64,000 nucleotides of DNA from an uncultured Pseudomonadota bacterium (GTDB lineage Bacteria > Pseudomonadota > Alphaproteobacteria > JACZXZ01): contig CAVVLJ010000017.1 of the NCBI GenBank assembly GCA_963749075.1, positions 992,001-1,056,000 of the forward strand, written 5' to 3'. Shown in pieces: positions 42,024-57,303 of this stretch; within the stretch, counting starts at the first letter, position 1, and each line of letters starts with the position of its first letter. Under the pieces are notes generated by a model that ran no database searches, was not told where the DNA came from, and saw nothing but the letters and a program-made list of their open reading frames with translations. The translations under genes and the position numbers were made by a program.

Positions 42024-43242
42024 TCACTGCGCCGCGAGCCGGGCGCAGCTTCCCGCAGCATCGCCCGCGCCGAGCGCCTTGGCGAGGGTCTCGGCGAGCG
42101 TGGTGTAGCCGTGGCGGTTGAAGTGGTCCCAATCGCGCGGGCCGTGCAGCGGCGCCTTGGCGCTCGCCGCGCGCATGGCGGGGCGCGCGTCGAGGAAACC
42201 TACGCCGACGCGTGCCGCCTCGGCCTGGATCAGGCGGCAGATCTCGTCGCTGCGCGCCGGCACCGCCTTGGCGTCGCGGACGATCTGGTATCTGGGCGAA
42301 TTATAGGGCATGACGGCGAGGGATACCTTGTCCGACACAAGGCCATAGGCGCTCAGCACGGCGGGAATGTAGACGACCGTGATCGGCACGCCGGCAAAGT
42401 ACCCGCGGAGAAAGCTCAGAACTCGCGCGAAACACCTCGACGCCGATGGCGGTTTGCTCCGGCGTGAGCTCGAGGTCGGGTCCTTGCAGGTTGTCGGGGA
42501 GCTCGACCGTGCGCCCGCCGATGCGCGCGGCGGTCACCGTACCGGGCAGCCATGGCCGCATGATCGGCACGGCGGGATTTTCACCCAGGAGCTCGCGCCA
42601 ATCGTAGCGCAGCAGGTTGAGCGCGAAGTCCATGAGGAAGGCGTTCTTCCAGGGATACCATCCGTGGCGAATGCGCGCGCTTTCCGCTGCCGCCGCCTCG
42701 CGCACATAGGCGGCGATGTCCGCTTCGCCCGGAGCGCCGTTCGTGCGGCGGAGAAGCTCGCGGATCTCGTAGTTATTGTCGCTCAGGTCGTTGCCCTCGT
42801 AGAAGTAGGCAAAGATCTGCTTCGGCGCGTCGAGATGGAACGCGCTGCCGACGTTGATGTCCTCGAAGCTCTTGACGGGCTCGAGCACTTCGTTCTGCAG
42901 CTGGCCGGTGCCGACGTCGCCGAAGTTGACGACATCGCGGCCGGTCAAGCGGTGCAGCACGTGCGTGGCCTGGAAGTCGGGGTTGCCGTCATTGCCGACC
43001 TCCAAGAGCCAATTGCCGGAACCGGCGGCGTAGGAGTCGCCGAAGATTGCCACGTAGTCGCGCGGAATGGGACCTGCCTTCGAGCTTTGCCCGAATGCCT
43101 TCGCCCTGCCGAGAAACTGATTCAATCTCAGCGGCACCCTGTCGATGAAGTGGTGGAACACGCCGAAATCGAGCACGAGATAGGCCGCGACCAGCGAGAC
43201 CACGACCAATCCCCCATTGATGAGACGCTCGCGTGCTGCCAT
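42024..43242 (-). pseudogene. Membrane-anchored SGNH/AlgX-like protein with a +1 frameshift near 42420-42432
   Basis: FGDSY and YEGNDL lie in one frame and DWDH in another; deleting one T restores ..VF(RAS/ARV)LSFLRGYFAGVPITVVYIP.. Confidence 0.7.
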
Positions 43243-43400
43243 GTCGCCGGAGCTCCCTGTCTTTCTTCCGCCATCGGCCTCTTCTACCACGCTGGCTTCG
43301 GCCGCGCCCAAGGGCTCCGCCAAGCCACGCGACCAAGGGGATAGGCTGGGGTTGACCGCAAGTGCCGGCGATGCGCTCGCCGGCGAGCGCGAGGGCGCCG

Positions 43401-44189
43401 CTACTCGATCTCCTTGGCGACGGGCGGCGCGTGGCCCGGCTGGCGGGCGAGGCGGCGGAACTCGATGACGCTCACCGGGATGCTCACGACATAGGCGACC
43501 GCCACCGCGGTCAGCGTCGTCCACGGCGCGCTCACGAGAAAGGCCGCGAAGAGCCCGACGAGGATGAGGAGCGGCAGCACGTAGTGGTGCGGCACGCGCA
43601 CGCTCTTGCCCGAATAGGTCGGCACCTGGCTGACCATGAGTGCCGAGACGGCGACGATCACGAGCGCGTTCACGAAGACATGGCTGAAGACGCCGGGCCC
43701 GAGATCGAAGCTCACCATCATCGGCGTGAGCACGAGGCCGGCACCCGCCGGCGCCGGCACGCCGGTGAAGAAGCGGTAGGCCCAGGGCGGCAGGTCGCTC
43801 TGGCCGAGCCGCGTGTTGAAGCGCGCGAGGCGCAGCGCGCAGCACACGCAGTAGAAGAGGACGAGCGCCCAGCCGATGCTGCCCGCGGCGCGCATCACCC
43901 AGAGATAGAGCAAGACCGCGGGCGCCACGCCGAAGCCGACCACGTCGGAGAGCGAATCCATCTCGGCGCCGAACTTGGTGCTGCCGCCGAGCATGCGCGC
44001 GATGCGGCCGTCGAGGGCATCGAAGATGCCGGCCAGCACGATGGCGGTCACCGCGAGCTCGAAGCGACCCTCGAAGCCGAAGCGGATGGCGGTGAGCCCG
44101 GCGCAGAGCGCCAGCACCGTCAGGATGTTGGGGATCAGCTTGTTGAGCGAGAAATCCTTGAGGCGCTGGCGCGGGGTGGGGGCGAGCAT
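43401..44189 (-). CDS. pssA: CDP-diacylglycerol-serine O-phosphatidyltransferase
   Basis: IPNILT, DALDGRIAR..FGAEMDSLSD, LRLARFN, FTGVPAPAGA. Confidence 0.93.
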   Translation of the reverse strand: MLAPTPRQRLKDFSLNKLIPNILTVLALCAGLTAIRFGFEGRFELAVTAIVLAGIFDALDGRIARMLGGSTKFGAEMDSLSDVVGFGVAPAVLLYLWVMRAAGSIGWALVLFYCVCCALRLARFNTRLGQSDLPPWAYRFFTGVPAPAGAGLVLTPMMVSFDLGPGVFSHVFVNALVIVAVSALMVSQVPTYSGKSVRVPHHYVLPLLILVGLFAAFLVSAPWTTLTAVAVAYVVSIPVSVIEFRRLARQPGHAPPVAKEIE

Positions 44190-44888
44190 CTAGCGCACCT
44201 CCCCCGGACGCGCGGGCTCCTGGCTGCGCATGTCGGCGATCACCGTCTCGCCGGCGAGCAGGCGCTGCCCCGCCGCCACGAGCGGGGCGAGGCCGGGCGG
44301 CAGGTAGACGTCGACGCGGCTGCCGAAGCGGATGAGACCGAAGCGCTCGCCCGTGCGCACGCGGCGCCCCTCGGCGACATCGCAGACGATGCGGCGTGCT
44401 ATGAGCCCGGCGATCTGCACGAGGGCAAGCTCGCGCGGCGCATCGCCCTCGTCGAGCGCCACGCGCAACGCGAGGCGCTCGTTGCCCTCGCTCGCCTTGT
44501 CGAAGGAGGCGTTCAAGAAGCGGCCCGGCCGATAGGCGCGCTTGACGATGCGCCCGCCCGCGGGGATGCGGTTCACATGCACGTCCAGAAGATCCATGAA
44601 GACGCTCACGCGCATCCGAGGCTCTCCGCCCATCTCGAGCTCGGCGGGAGGTGCCGCCGCCACGATGGGCAGCACGACGCCGTCGGCCGGGCTCACCACC
44701 AGTCCCTCGCGCACCGGCGTCACGCGCTCGGGATCGCGGAAGAAATAGGCGCACCACAGCGTCGCCACAAGCCCCAACCAGCCGAGGGGCTGGGCCAGCC
44801 AAAAAAGCAGCGCCGCCGCAAGCGCGAAGAGCGCTATGAACGGCCAGCCGTCGCGGTGAATGGGCACGGCCGTGAAGATCGGCACCAT
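44190..44888 (-). CDS. psd: Phosphatidylserine decarboxylase proenzyme
   Basis: [36 protein letters not shown] cleavage motif. Confidence 0.93.
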   Translation of the reverse strand: MVPIFTAVPIHRDGWPFIALFALAAALLFWLAQPLGWLGLVATLWCAYFFRDPERVTPVREGLVVSPADGVVLPIVAAAPPAELEMGGEPRMRVSVFMDLLDVHVNRIPAGGRIVKRAYRPGRFLNASFDKASEGNERLALRVALDEGDAPRELALVQIAGLIARRIVCDVAEGRRVRTGERFGLIRFGSRVDVYLPPGLAPLVAAGQRLLAGETVIADMRSQEPARPGEVR

Positions 44889-44948
44889 CCTCTTCCCGAA
44901 GGGCGGCGCACGCGACGCGGCAGCGGCCGGCGTGCCGTCAATGTGCGC

Positions 44949-45596
44949 CTATTTGCTGACCACTTCCCATTCGCCGTTGGCGTTGCGGCAGGCGGTCTGC
45001 GTCGTGGCTTTCGGATGCTCCTGCGGCTGGGCCTGAGGCTTGGCCGGCTGCTGCTGGCCGGGCTGCACCCAACCGCCCGACGACTGCGCGGTCTGGGTGG
45101 GTTTCGCCGGCTCGCTCGACTGGGACTGGCCGCCTTTCCCCGTGTTCACCTCGGTCTTGTAGGTGCGGCACACCCGCCCCTGCTTGTCCTTATGGGTGCT
45201 GACCGGGGTGAAGGTGCCGCTATGCCCGGTCTGTGAGTTCGACCAGGTGGTGGTCTGACCCTGGTGCGGGTTGTCGAGCGAGTGCTGAAAGGCATCATGG
45301 GCCTGATCGCAGTCGGCGCGGCTGAGCACGTTGGCGATCACGCCGCCGATCACGCCGCCGAAGAGGCCGCCGAAGAACGAGCCGGGACCGCCGCCGGTGG
45401 CGCCGCCGGCAGTCGAGCCGGCGGCACCGCCCGCGTTCGCACCCGCGGCGGTATTCCATCCGACCATCATGGCGCAATTGTTATCGGCGGCCTGAGGCGG
45501 CGGACCCTGCTGCGCCAGGGCGGCTCCCGGCGCAGAGACGAGCGTGGCAAGCGCAGCGCCGATGCCTGCCGCGAGCGCAATGGCAATCCCTTTCAT
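44949..45596 (-). CDS. Glycine-zipper surface protein (17-kDa antigen / RT0821-like)
   Basis: Signal peptide, GGLFGGVIGGVI zipper, WSNSQTGHSG, CRTY, TACRNANGEW. Confidence 0.78.
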   Translation of the reverse strand: MKGIAIALAAGIGAALATLVSAPGAALAQQGPPPQAADNNCAMMVGWNTAAGANAGGAAGSTAGGATGGGPGSFFGGLFGGVIGGVIANVLSRADCDQAHDAFQHSLDNPHQGQTTTWSNSQTGHSGTFTPVSTHKDKQGRVCRTYKTEVNTGKGGQSQSSEPAKPTQTAQSSGGWVQPGQQQPAKPQAQPQEHPKATTQTACRNANGEWEVVSK

Positions 45597-45699
45597 GGCC
45601 AGTCTCCCTCCCAGGCGGCCGGGCTCGGCTGCCTCAAAGGCGCAGAAGCCGCGCATCCCGCCAGTCGCGAAATATAGAGCGTAAACCGTAGCAGAATTC

Positions 45700-45777
45700 T
45701 TAGCCGGATGCGACGGGTCATCGTGGGGAAATCGGGCTCGGGCCGGACCTTCGGATGACCCGCCGGAATCCGGCTAA
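45700..45777. terminator. Long imperfect hairpin spanning the LysM gene stop codon
   Basis: TTAGCCGGAT..CGGGTCATC / GATGACCCG..ATCCGGCTAA; no clear U-tract. Confidence 0.4.
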
Positions 45778-47000
45778 TTCGTCTTGGTCGGCACGCTGAA
45801 GACCTGGCCCGGATAGATGAGGTCCGGATCGCGGATCTGGTCCTTGTTGGCCTGGTAGATCACCGTATAGCGGATGCCCTCGCCATAGCTGCGCCGCGCG
45901 ATCCGCCACAGGCTGTTGCCGGGCTGGACGACGATCGTGGAGCCGGCGGGAAGCAGCTCATGGGGCTTGGCGCGCGCGAAAGGCAGCACGATGCGCTGCG
46001 TCACCTGGCCGGTCGGCCCGATCTCGTCGAGCCGCAGGGTATAGAGGCCCGGCTCGATCTTGCTCTCGGGCACCAGCTTCCAATGGCCGCTCCCGTCGGC
46101 CACGACGCGGCCGAGCGGGTGGTCGTCGAGATAGACCTCGACCGTGGTCTTGGGGCTGGCCTCGCCGGAAAGGACGAGGCGGCCCTCCTCGTCGTAATCG
46201 ACCACCGCCAGCTTGAGCGCGGGCTTGGCAGCCGGCTTCTCAAGGGACGGTGCCGCGGCCGCCGCTTGAGGAGCCGATGCGAGGGACGGCGGCACGCGCG
46301 CGGGTGCCGCCCCGGCCGCGGTCGCCGGGACGGGCGGGGCCTCGCCGGCGGGGAGCTTGGCGGCGGGCGGCGGCTCTGCTGCCGCGACCTCTGCGGGGGC
46401 GGGCTCTGCGGTCGCTGTCTTTGCTGCGGGCGGCTGCTGGGTCGCCGGTGCCGCGGCGGGCGGCGCTTGCAGCACCTGGCTCGGCTCCTGGCTCTTGCCC
46501 TGGCGCGGCACGGCCAGCGCCAAAGCACCCGAGCCGCTCGCCGGACGGCCGGCGATGTCCTTGTTCGCCTCGGGCACGACGACGACGACGACGCGGTCCG
46601 ACTCGTGCGTGCTGCCGTCCGCCAGCTTGGCCGAGAGTCCGAGCTCGTGATCGCCGGGCGGCAGGAGCTCCTTGGGCATGACGACCCACTCGCCGCGCTG
46701 GTCCGCCGTCGCCTCGCCGATCGTCCGGTCGCCGTCGAGCACGCGTACCTTTGCTCCAGGTGCTGCGCGGCCGGCGATCACGGCGTGGCCCTTCTCGATG
46801 CGCACCACATCGAAGGACGGGGCCTCGTCGGGCTTGGCGGCCCGCTGCGCGGCCTGCGCTGCCGGCGGCGCAGCACTCGGCGCCACCGCGGCCGGCGCGC
46901 TCGCGGGCGGCGGGCTTCGCCACTCGAGCCAGCCGAAGACCGCCGCCGCCGCGATGACGACGGCCGCGGCGACGACGCCGATGACGGTTCCTCTTTTCAC
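45774..47000 (-). CDS. LysM peptidoglycan-binding protein with Ig-like domains
   Basis: N-terminal TM, PSFDVVRI..VIAGRAAPG, C-terminal VQPGNSLWRIA..YG..IYQANKDQIRDPDLIYPGQ. Confidence 0.9.
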   Translation of the reverse strand: MKRGTVIGVVAAAVVIAAAAVFGWLEWRSPPPASAPAAVAPSAAPPAAQAAQRAAKPDEAPSFDVVRIEKGHAVIAGRAAPGAKVRVLDGDRTIGEATADQRGEWVVMPKELLPPGDHELGLSAKLADGSTHESDRVVVVVVPEANKDIAGRPASGSGALALAVPRQGKSQEPSQVLQAPPAAAPATQQPPAAKTATAEPAPAEVAAAEPPPAAKLPAGEAPPVPATAAGAAPARVPPSLASAPQAAAAAPSLEKPAAKPALKLAVVDYDEEGRLVLSGEASPKTTVEVYLDDHPLGRVVADGSGHWKLVPESKIEPGLYTLRLDEIGPTGQVTQRIVLPFARAKPHELLPAGSTIVVQPGNSLWRIARRSYGEGIRYTVIYQANKDQIRDPDLIYPGQVFSVPTKTN

Positions 47001-47132
47001 GCCGCCCTCTTCCCGGCTGAGCGGGACCAAGCTAATACGCCGCGCCGCGGCACGCAACAGAAGCGCGGGCAGAAAGCCCGGAAAATCCGCAAGATTCGCC
47101 CGCGGCGGCGGCCCTTAGACCCGCCTCCGCGC

Positions 47133-48020
47133 CTAGTTCTTGCCGATCGCGTGGTGGATCGCCGGCAGCGCCTTGAGATAGGCGGCGATGGCGGCGCGGT
47201 CCTCGGGCGTGAGCTTGCTCGTGCTCTGCTCCACCACGGCGTTCATGCCGTGGCCCACGAAGTCGCCGTCGGGCTTCTGGCCGGTCTCGAGCAGATAGGC
47301 GATGTCCTTGGCGCTCCAGCTGCCGATCCCGGTGTCCTTGTCGGGCGTAAGATTGGGCACCGCCTCGCCGTCGGGGCCTGCTGGCGTGCCGGAGAGCGGC
47401 TTGTTCCAATCGAGGGCGCCGAGCCAATTGCGCGGGGTATGGCACTCGCCGCAATGGCCGAGCGCGCGCACGAGATAGGCGCCGCGGTTCCACGCGGGCG
47501 AGCGCGCGGGATCGGGCGCCAAGGGGCCGCGCTTGAGGTAGAGCCGGTTCCACACCAGCATCAGGAAGCGGAAGCGAAAGGGAAAGCGGATGTCGTGGCG
47601 CCGGTCGGGCTGGACGACCGGGGGCAGGCTCTTGATGTGGGCGAACAGGTCCGCGATGTCGTCGTCCGTCATGAACGTGAAGGAGGGATAGGGGAAGACC
47701 GGGAAGAAGTGGGTGCCGTCCGGCCCGATGCCCTCGCGCAGCGCGCGCTTGAAGTCGACCTCGCTCCATTTGCCGATGCCGGTCGCGGGATCGGGCGTGA
47801 TGTTGGGCGAGTAGTAGGTGCCGAACGGCGTCTTAAGCGCCCGCCCGCCGGCGAGCAGCTTGCCGCCCTTCTCCGTATGGCACTCGGCGCACCCGGCGGC
47901 GGCGAAGATGTAAGCGCCGCGCGCGGCGGAGGGCGCTTCGGCGGCGCGCGCGCCGGCCGCGCCCGCGAGCGCCGCAAGGGCGCAGCCGAGGGCTACCGCC
48001 CGGGCAGCCTGCCGCACCAT
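47133..48020 (-). CDS. Di-heme c-type cytochrome
   Basis: CAECH and CGECH, PNITPD..TGIGKW, RGAYLV. Confidence 0.9.
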   Translation of the reverse strand: MVRQAARAVALGCALAALAGAAGARAAEAPSAARGAYIFAAAGCAECHTEKGGKLLAGGRALKTPFGTYYSPNITPDPATGIGKWSEVDFKRALREGIGPDGTHFFPVFPYPSFTFMTDDDIADLFAHIKSLPPVVQPDRRHDIRFPFRFRFLMLVWNRLYLKRGPLAPDPARSPAWNRGAYLVRALGHCGECHTPRNWLGALDWNKPLSGTPAGPDGEAVPNLTPDKDTGIGSWSAKDIAYLLETGQKPDGDFVGHGMNAVVEQSTSKLTPEDRAAIAAYLKALPAIHHAIGKN

Positions 48021-48095
48021 GGAACGGCCGCAAGGCTCGAGCACCGGCGCCTCGCTATAAGGGATGGGCAGCCGGCTCCAGCCGCCGCGCGGTGC

Positions 48096-48572
48096 TCATG
48101 GGGCCTTTTTGCGGAAGTCGTCGTGGCAGTCTTCGCAGACGTTATTGCCCACGATGGCCATCTGGGTGGTGATGGCGCTCAGGTCGCCCGTCTTGGCGAT
48201 CTCCACCAGCTTGGCGGTTTCCCGGTCGAGTGCAACGGCCGTCTGCGTGAAGTGGTCCCAATGGGTCCAGATGTCGTCCTTTGCCCGCGTCTTGCCGGCC
48301 GCGGAGCCGGAGCCCTTGGGGAAGCAATCGAGGATGAGCTTGCTCATCGCGTTGAGCGCCATGGCGTGGTAGAGGATGTGGCGTGCGTTGAACGGCACCT
48401 CGCCCTTGAGGATCAATCCGATATCGAGGGCGTGCGCGGCGTTGGCCTTCATGAGGTTCTGCCGGTACTCGATGATCTTCGCCATGTCGTCGGCGCGCGC
48501 CGCAGCAACGCCCGCGGCGAGGGCGAGGGCAGCTATGCCCCCAAGCAATGCCGCCGTAACGATCCGCCTCAT
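48096..48572 (-). CDS. Cytochrome c'/c556 (class II), paralog 2
   Basis: Signal peptide, RQNLMK, FPKGS, IW..WD.F, C-terminal CEDCHDDFR. Confidence 0.88.
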   Translation of the reverse strand: MRRIVTAALLGGIAALALAAGVAAARADDMAKIIEYRQNLMKANAAHALDIGLILKGEVPFNARHILYHAMALNAMSKLILDCFPKGSGSAAGKTRAKDDIWTHWDHFTQTAVALDRETAKLVEIAKTGDLSAITTQMAIVGNNVCEDCHDDFRKKAP

Positions 48573-48807
48573 GTCGCCTCCTCGCTAAGCGCGGGCCCCG
48601 TCGCCCGCATGCGGTTATGGATCAGCGGCGGGCGACGCGATACGCCGGCCGCGGGGCCAGTCTGCACGACGGTCAAGCCGCTGTCGATCACAAGCTGCCG
48701 ACGCCGCGAGCGTCGGCGGCCCGCCGCAACGCTCCCGCGCAGCTCTCCCCGCGCGCGGCACCGGGCACCGCGCGCCGCCCCGGCAATGCGCCTGCGCCCG
48801 GCTGCGC

Positions 48808-49284
48808 CTATTGCAGCGGCTTGCGGAACGCCGTGTGGCAGGCGCCGCAGCCTGCCTTGCCCATGGCGCCGACCTGGGCCGCGATCGCCTTCATGTCGCC
48901 GCCCTTGGCGACCTCGATCAGCTTGGCGCTCTCGGTCTCGAGCGCCATCGCGATCTTCTGGAAGTCGTCCCAGTGCGTCCAGATCTCGTCCTTGGCCTGG
49001 GTCTTGCCGGCTTCCGGGCCGGAGCCCTTGGGAAAGGCGCCGACGATGAGCGTGCTCAACGCGTGGATCGCCTCGGCATGGGCCACCACGTTCTTGGCAT
49101 CGAACGGGACGTCGCCCTTGAGCATCATGCCGATGTCCGCGGCGTTGGCGCCGTTGGACTTCATCAGGTTCTGCCGGTACTCGATGACCTTGGCCATGTC
49201 CTCGGCCTTGCCGGCCGCGATGCTGCCTGCGAGCACGAGGGCCGCGAGGCCCGCGAGCCAGAGCGTCTTGATGATCCGCCTCAT
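48808..49284 (-). CDS. Cytochrome c'/c556 (class II), paralog 1
   Basis: GGAGG RBS, RQNLMK, FPKGS, C-terminal CGACHTAFR. Confidence 0.9.
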   Translation of the reverse strand: MRRIIKTLWLAGLAALVLAGSIAAGKAEDMAKVIEYRQNLMKSNGANAADIGMMLKGDVPFDAKNVVAHAEAIHALSTLIVGAFPKGSGPEAGKTQAKDEIWTHWDDFQKIAMALETESAKLIEVAKGGDMKAIAAQVGAMGKAGCGACHTAFRKPLQ

Positions 49285-49517
49285 GTCGCCTCCTCCTGCA
49301 ATCCGCGGCCGGCAACGGCCGCGGATTATTGTCCGCATGGCCTTGATCGACCGGCGGCGGTCCCACTGTGCCGGGAGTTGCCGGCGCGGGCAAGCGCCGG
49401 TCATTCACAAGGCGGTGATGGCGCGCCCGCGGCCGGCGCGGCCGGCGGATCGGCGGCGGCCGATTTTTTCACGCCGGCCTTGCCCCGCGCGCGCGCATTC
49501 AGCATAAGCTCGTCCGC

Positions 49518-50105
49518 ATGGCCAAGCTCTCCTCCGTCTGCGTCTATTGCGGCTCCTCGCCCGGCCATGACGCGCGCCACCGGGAGGCGGCGGCGCTGCT
49601 CGGCAGGCTCCTCGCGGAGCGCGGCATCGCACTCGTCTACGGCGGCGGCGGGGTCGGGCTCATGGGCGCCCTCGCGGCGGCGAGCCTTGCCGCGGGCGGC
49701 GAGGTGATCGGCGTCATCCCGGACTTTCTGCGGAAGAGGGAGCAGGGCCGCATCGTGCCCACCCGCATCGAGGTGGTCGCCAGCATGCACGAGCGCAAGG
49801 AGCGCATGTTCGCGCTCTCCGACGCCTTCATCGTGCTGGCGGGCGGCCTCGGCACCCTCGACGAGACCTTCGAGGTGCTGACCTGGAAGCAGCTCGGCCT
49901 CCACGACAAGCCGATCGCACTCGTCGACATCGACGGCTATTGGCAGCCGCTCGTGCGCATGCTCGAGCGCGTCGTCGAGGCCGGCTTCGCCGATGCCCGC
50001 ATCCTGCGCCGGTTCCTCGTCGCGACGAGCGTCGAGGCGGCGCTCGCGGCGATCCTCGCGGCACCGCGCGCGGCCAAGCCGGCAGCGCCGCCCGAGCGCC
50101 TCTAA
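49518..50105 (+). CDS. LOG-family phosphoribohydrolase (TIGR00730)
   Basis: [35 protein letters not shown]. Confidence 0.92.
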   Translation: MAKLSSVCVYCGSSPGHDARHREAAALLGRLLAERGIALVYGGGGVGLMGALAAASLAAGGEVIGVIPDFLRKREQGRIVPTRIEVVASMHERKERMFALSDAFIVLAGGLGTLDETFEVLTWKQLGLHDKPIALVDIDGYWQPLVRMLERVVEAGFADARILRRFLVATSVEAALAAILAAPRAAKPAAPPERL

Positions 50106-50196
50106 CAACGCCTTTAACCGTAGCGCCTCTCGCCCCCTTGCGCGAGGCCGGCGGGATGCTATTGTCGCGCCGCCGGGCAACCCGAAGGATCGCGCG

Positions 50197-51414
50197 ATGA
50201 CGAAGATCAAGGTCAAGAACCCCATCGTCGAGCTCGATGGGGACGAGATGACGCGCATCATCTGGCAGCTCATCCGCGAGCGCCTCATCCTCCCCTACCT
50301 CGACGTCGAGCTCAAATACTACGATCTCGGGGTCGAGAGCCGCGACCGCACCGACGACCAGATCACCGTGGACGCGGCGCGCGCGATCAAGCAGCACGGC
50401 GTCGGCGTCAAGTGCGCCACCATCACGCCCGACGAGGCGCGCGTCGAGGAGTTCAAGCTCAAGAAGATGTGGCGCTCGCCCAACGGCACCATCCGCAACA
50501 TCCTCGACGGCACCGTGTTCCGCGAGCCGATCATCTGCAAGAACGTGCCCCGTCTCGTGCCCAACTGGACGCGGCCGATCGTCATCGGCCGTCACGCCTT
50601 CGGCGACCAGTACCGCGCCACCGACTTCAAGGTACCGGGCCCCGGCAAGCTCACCATCACCTTCGCGCCCAAGGGCGGCGGTGCCCCGCAGGTGCACGAG
50701 GTGTTCGATTTCGAGGGCAGCGGCGTGGCGATGGCCATGTACAACGTCGACGAGTCGATCCGCGGCTTCGCGCGCGCCTCGTTCAATTACGCGCTGACGC
50801 TCGGCTTCCCCCTCTACATGTCGACCAAGAACACCATCCTCAAGGCCTATGACGGGCGCTTCAAGGACATCTTCCAGGAGATCTACGAGCAGGAATTCAA
50901 GGGCAAGTTCGCGGCCGCGAAGCTGACCTACGAGCACCGCCTCATCGACGACATGGTGGCCTCGGCGCTCAAGTGGCACGGCGGCTTCGTCTGGGCCTGC
51001 AAGAACTACGACGGCGACGTGCAGTCCGATACCGTGGCCCAGGGCTACGGCTCGCTCGGCCTCATGACCTCCGTGCTGCTCGCACCCGACGGCAAGACCG
51101 TCGAGGCCGAGGCGGCGCACGGCACGGTCACGCGCCACTACCGGCTCTGGCAGCAGGGCAAGGAGACCTCGACGAACCCCATCGCCTCGATCTTCGCCTG
51201 GACGCGCGGCTTGCGCTACCGCGGCCAGTTCGACGGCACGCCCGAGGTCGTGCGCTTCGCCGAGACGCTCGAGCGCGTCTGCGTCGAGACGGTCGAGGCG
51301 GGGAAGATGACCAAGGACCTCGCGGTCCTCATCGGCCCCGACCACCCCTATCTCGAGACGCGCGCCTTCCTCGGCGCGATCGACGCCAACCTCAAGGCCG
51401 CCGTGGCGGCGTGA
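50197..51414 (+). CDS. icd: NADP-dependent isocitrate dehydrogenase
   Basis: [48 protein letters not shown]. Confidence 0.97.
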   Translation: MTKIKVKNPIVELDGDEMTRIIWQLIRERLILPYLDVELKYYDLGVESRDRTDDQITVDAARAIKQHGVGVKCATITPDEARVEEFKLKKMWRSPNGTIRNILDGTVFREPIICKNVPRLVPNWTRPIVIGRHAFGDQYRATDFKVPGPGKLTITFAPKGGGAPQVHEVFDFEGSGVAMAMYNVDESIRGFARASFNYALTLGFPLYMSTKNTILKAYDGRFKDIFQEIYEQEFKGKFAAAKLTYEHRLIDDMVASALKWHGGFVWACKNYDGDVQSDTVAQGYGSLGLMTSVLLAPDGKTVEAEAAHGTVTRHYRLWQQGKETSTNPIASIFAWTRGLRYRGQFDGTPEVVRFAETLERVCVETVEAGKMTKDLAVLIGPDHPYLETRAFLGAIDANLKAAVAA

Positions 51415-51460
51415 CGCGCGGCGGCGGCTCCCGTAAAACAACCGCCGGAGAGAGACTGCC

Positions 51461-52438
<978 letters not shown>

Positions 52439-52464
52439 GGCGGGCCCCGATCATTGCTCCGTTG

Positions 52465-52572
52465 ACCCCCCACCCCAACCCTCCCCCTCAAGGGGGGAGG
52501 GCGTTCATTGTGTAAGCCTGCCAACCTTTTCTTCCCCTCCCCCCTTGAGGGGGAGGGTAGGGAGGGGGGTCG
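52465..52572. repeat. G/C-run palindromic intergenic repeat, copy 2
   Basis: CCCCCACCCCAACCCTCCCCCTCAAGGGGGGAGGG..CCCTCCCCCCTTGAGGGGGAGGGTAGGGAGGGGG; between convergent genes. Confidence 0.85.
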
Positions 52573-52599
52573 GGCCGCACGACTGCCGGAGGATAGGCC

Positions 52600-53775
52600 C
52601 TACCTCCTCAGCTCGCGCATGGCGCGGTCGAGGCCGTCGATGGTGAGGGGGTACATGCGGGCACCCATCAGGCGCTCGATCATCTCGATCGAGGCGGTGT
52701 AGCCCCACTCCCGCTCGGGCACCGGGTTGAGCCAGACCGCGCGCTCGTAGGTGTGCAGCAGGCGCTGCAGCCAGAGCTGGCCGGGCTCCTCGTTCCAATG
52801 CTCGACGCTGCCGCCGGGTGCCGTGATCTCGTAGGGGCTCATCGAGGCGTCGCCGACCAGGATGAGCTTGTAGTCCGAGGGATAGGTGTGGAGGAGGTCG
52901 AGGCTGGCCAGGCGCTCGAGGTTGCGCCGGCGGTTGTCCTTCCACACCGTCTCGTAGACGCAGTTGTGGAAATAGAAGAACTCGAGGTGCTTGAACTCGC
53001 TGCGCGCCGCCGAGAAGAGCTCCTCGCACAGCTTGACGTGGGGGAACATCGAGCCGCCCACGTCGAGGAGGAGCAGCACCTTGACCGCATTGTGCCGCTC
53101 CGGCACGAACTTGAGGTCGAGGTAGCCGGCGTTCTTCGCCGTGGCGCGGATGGTATCGGGGAGGTCGAGCTCGTCCTCCGCCCCCTCGCGCGCGAAACGG
53201 CGCAGCCGCCGCAAGGCCACCTTGATGTTGCGCGTGCCGAGCTCGACCTGATCGTCGAGGTTCCTGAACTCGCGCTTGTCCCACACCTTGACCGCGCGGT
53301 TGTTGCGGTTCCCGTCCTGGCCGATGCGGATACCCTCGGGATTGTAGCCGTAGGCGCCATAGGGGGACCTTCCGGCGGTGCCGACCCACTTCGCCCCGCC
53401 CTGGTGGCGCCCCTTCTGCTCGGCCAAGCGCTGGCGCAGCGTCTCGAGCAGCTTCTCGAGGCCGCCCATAGCCTCGACCAGCGCCTTCTCCTCCTCGCTC
53501 AAGACGAGCTCGGCGAGCTTCTTGAGCCATTCCTCGGGGATCTCCACCGTCTCCTCGGGCGGCACCTCAAGGCCCTTGAAGCAGTGGCCGAAGACGCGGT
53601 CGAACTTGTCGAGATGGCGCTCGTCCTTCACGAGGGCCGAGCGGGAGAGGTAGTAGAAATCCTCCATGCGGTAATCGGCGAGCCCCGCCTTGACCGCCTC
53701 GATGAGGGTCAGGTACTCGCGCAGCGAGACCGGCACGCGGGCGTGGCGCAGCTCGAGGAAGAACTGGGCGAACAC
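52600..53775 (-). CDS. vWA-domain (CoxE-like) partner of MoxR
   Basis: RHQGGAKWVGTAG, MIDAS-like DVGGSM, YFHNC, VGDASM, WLNP. Confidence 0.88.
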   Translation of the reverse strand: MFAQFFLELRHARVPVSLREYLTLIEAVKAGLADYRMEDFYYLSRSALVKDERHLDKFDRVFGHCFKGLEVPPEETVEIPEEWLKKLAELVLSEEEKALVEAMGGLEKLLETLRQRLAEQKGRHQGGAKWVGTAGRSPYGAYGYNPEGIRIGQDGNRNNRAVKVWDKREFRNLDDQVELGTRNIKVALRRLRRFAREGAEDELDLPDTIRATAKNAGYLDLKFVPERHNAVKVLLLLDVGGSMFPHVKLCEELFSAARSEFKHLEFFYFHNCVYETVWKDNRRRNLERLASLDLLHTYPSDYKLILVGDASMSPYEITAPGGSVEHWNEEPGQLWLQRLLHTYERAVWLNPVPEREWGYTASIEMIERLMGARMYPLTIDGLDRAMRELRR

Positions 53776-53788
53776 GGCGCCCAGCCCG

Positions 53789-54637
<849 letters not shown>

Positions 54638-54657
54638 GGGGTCTCCCGGCTTGCTGG

Positions 54658-57303
<2,646 letters not shown>

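Noticed and set aside
49518-50105. LOG motif variant AGGLGTLDE instead of PGGxGTxxE
   Set aside because: It is a single substitution with the catalytic Arg and Glu retained, so it is not evidence of a new function.
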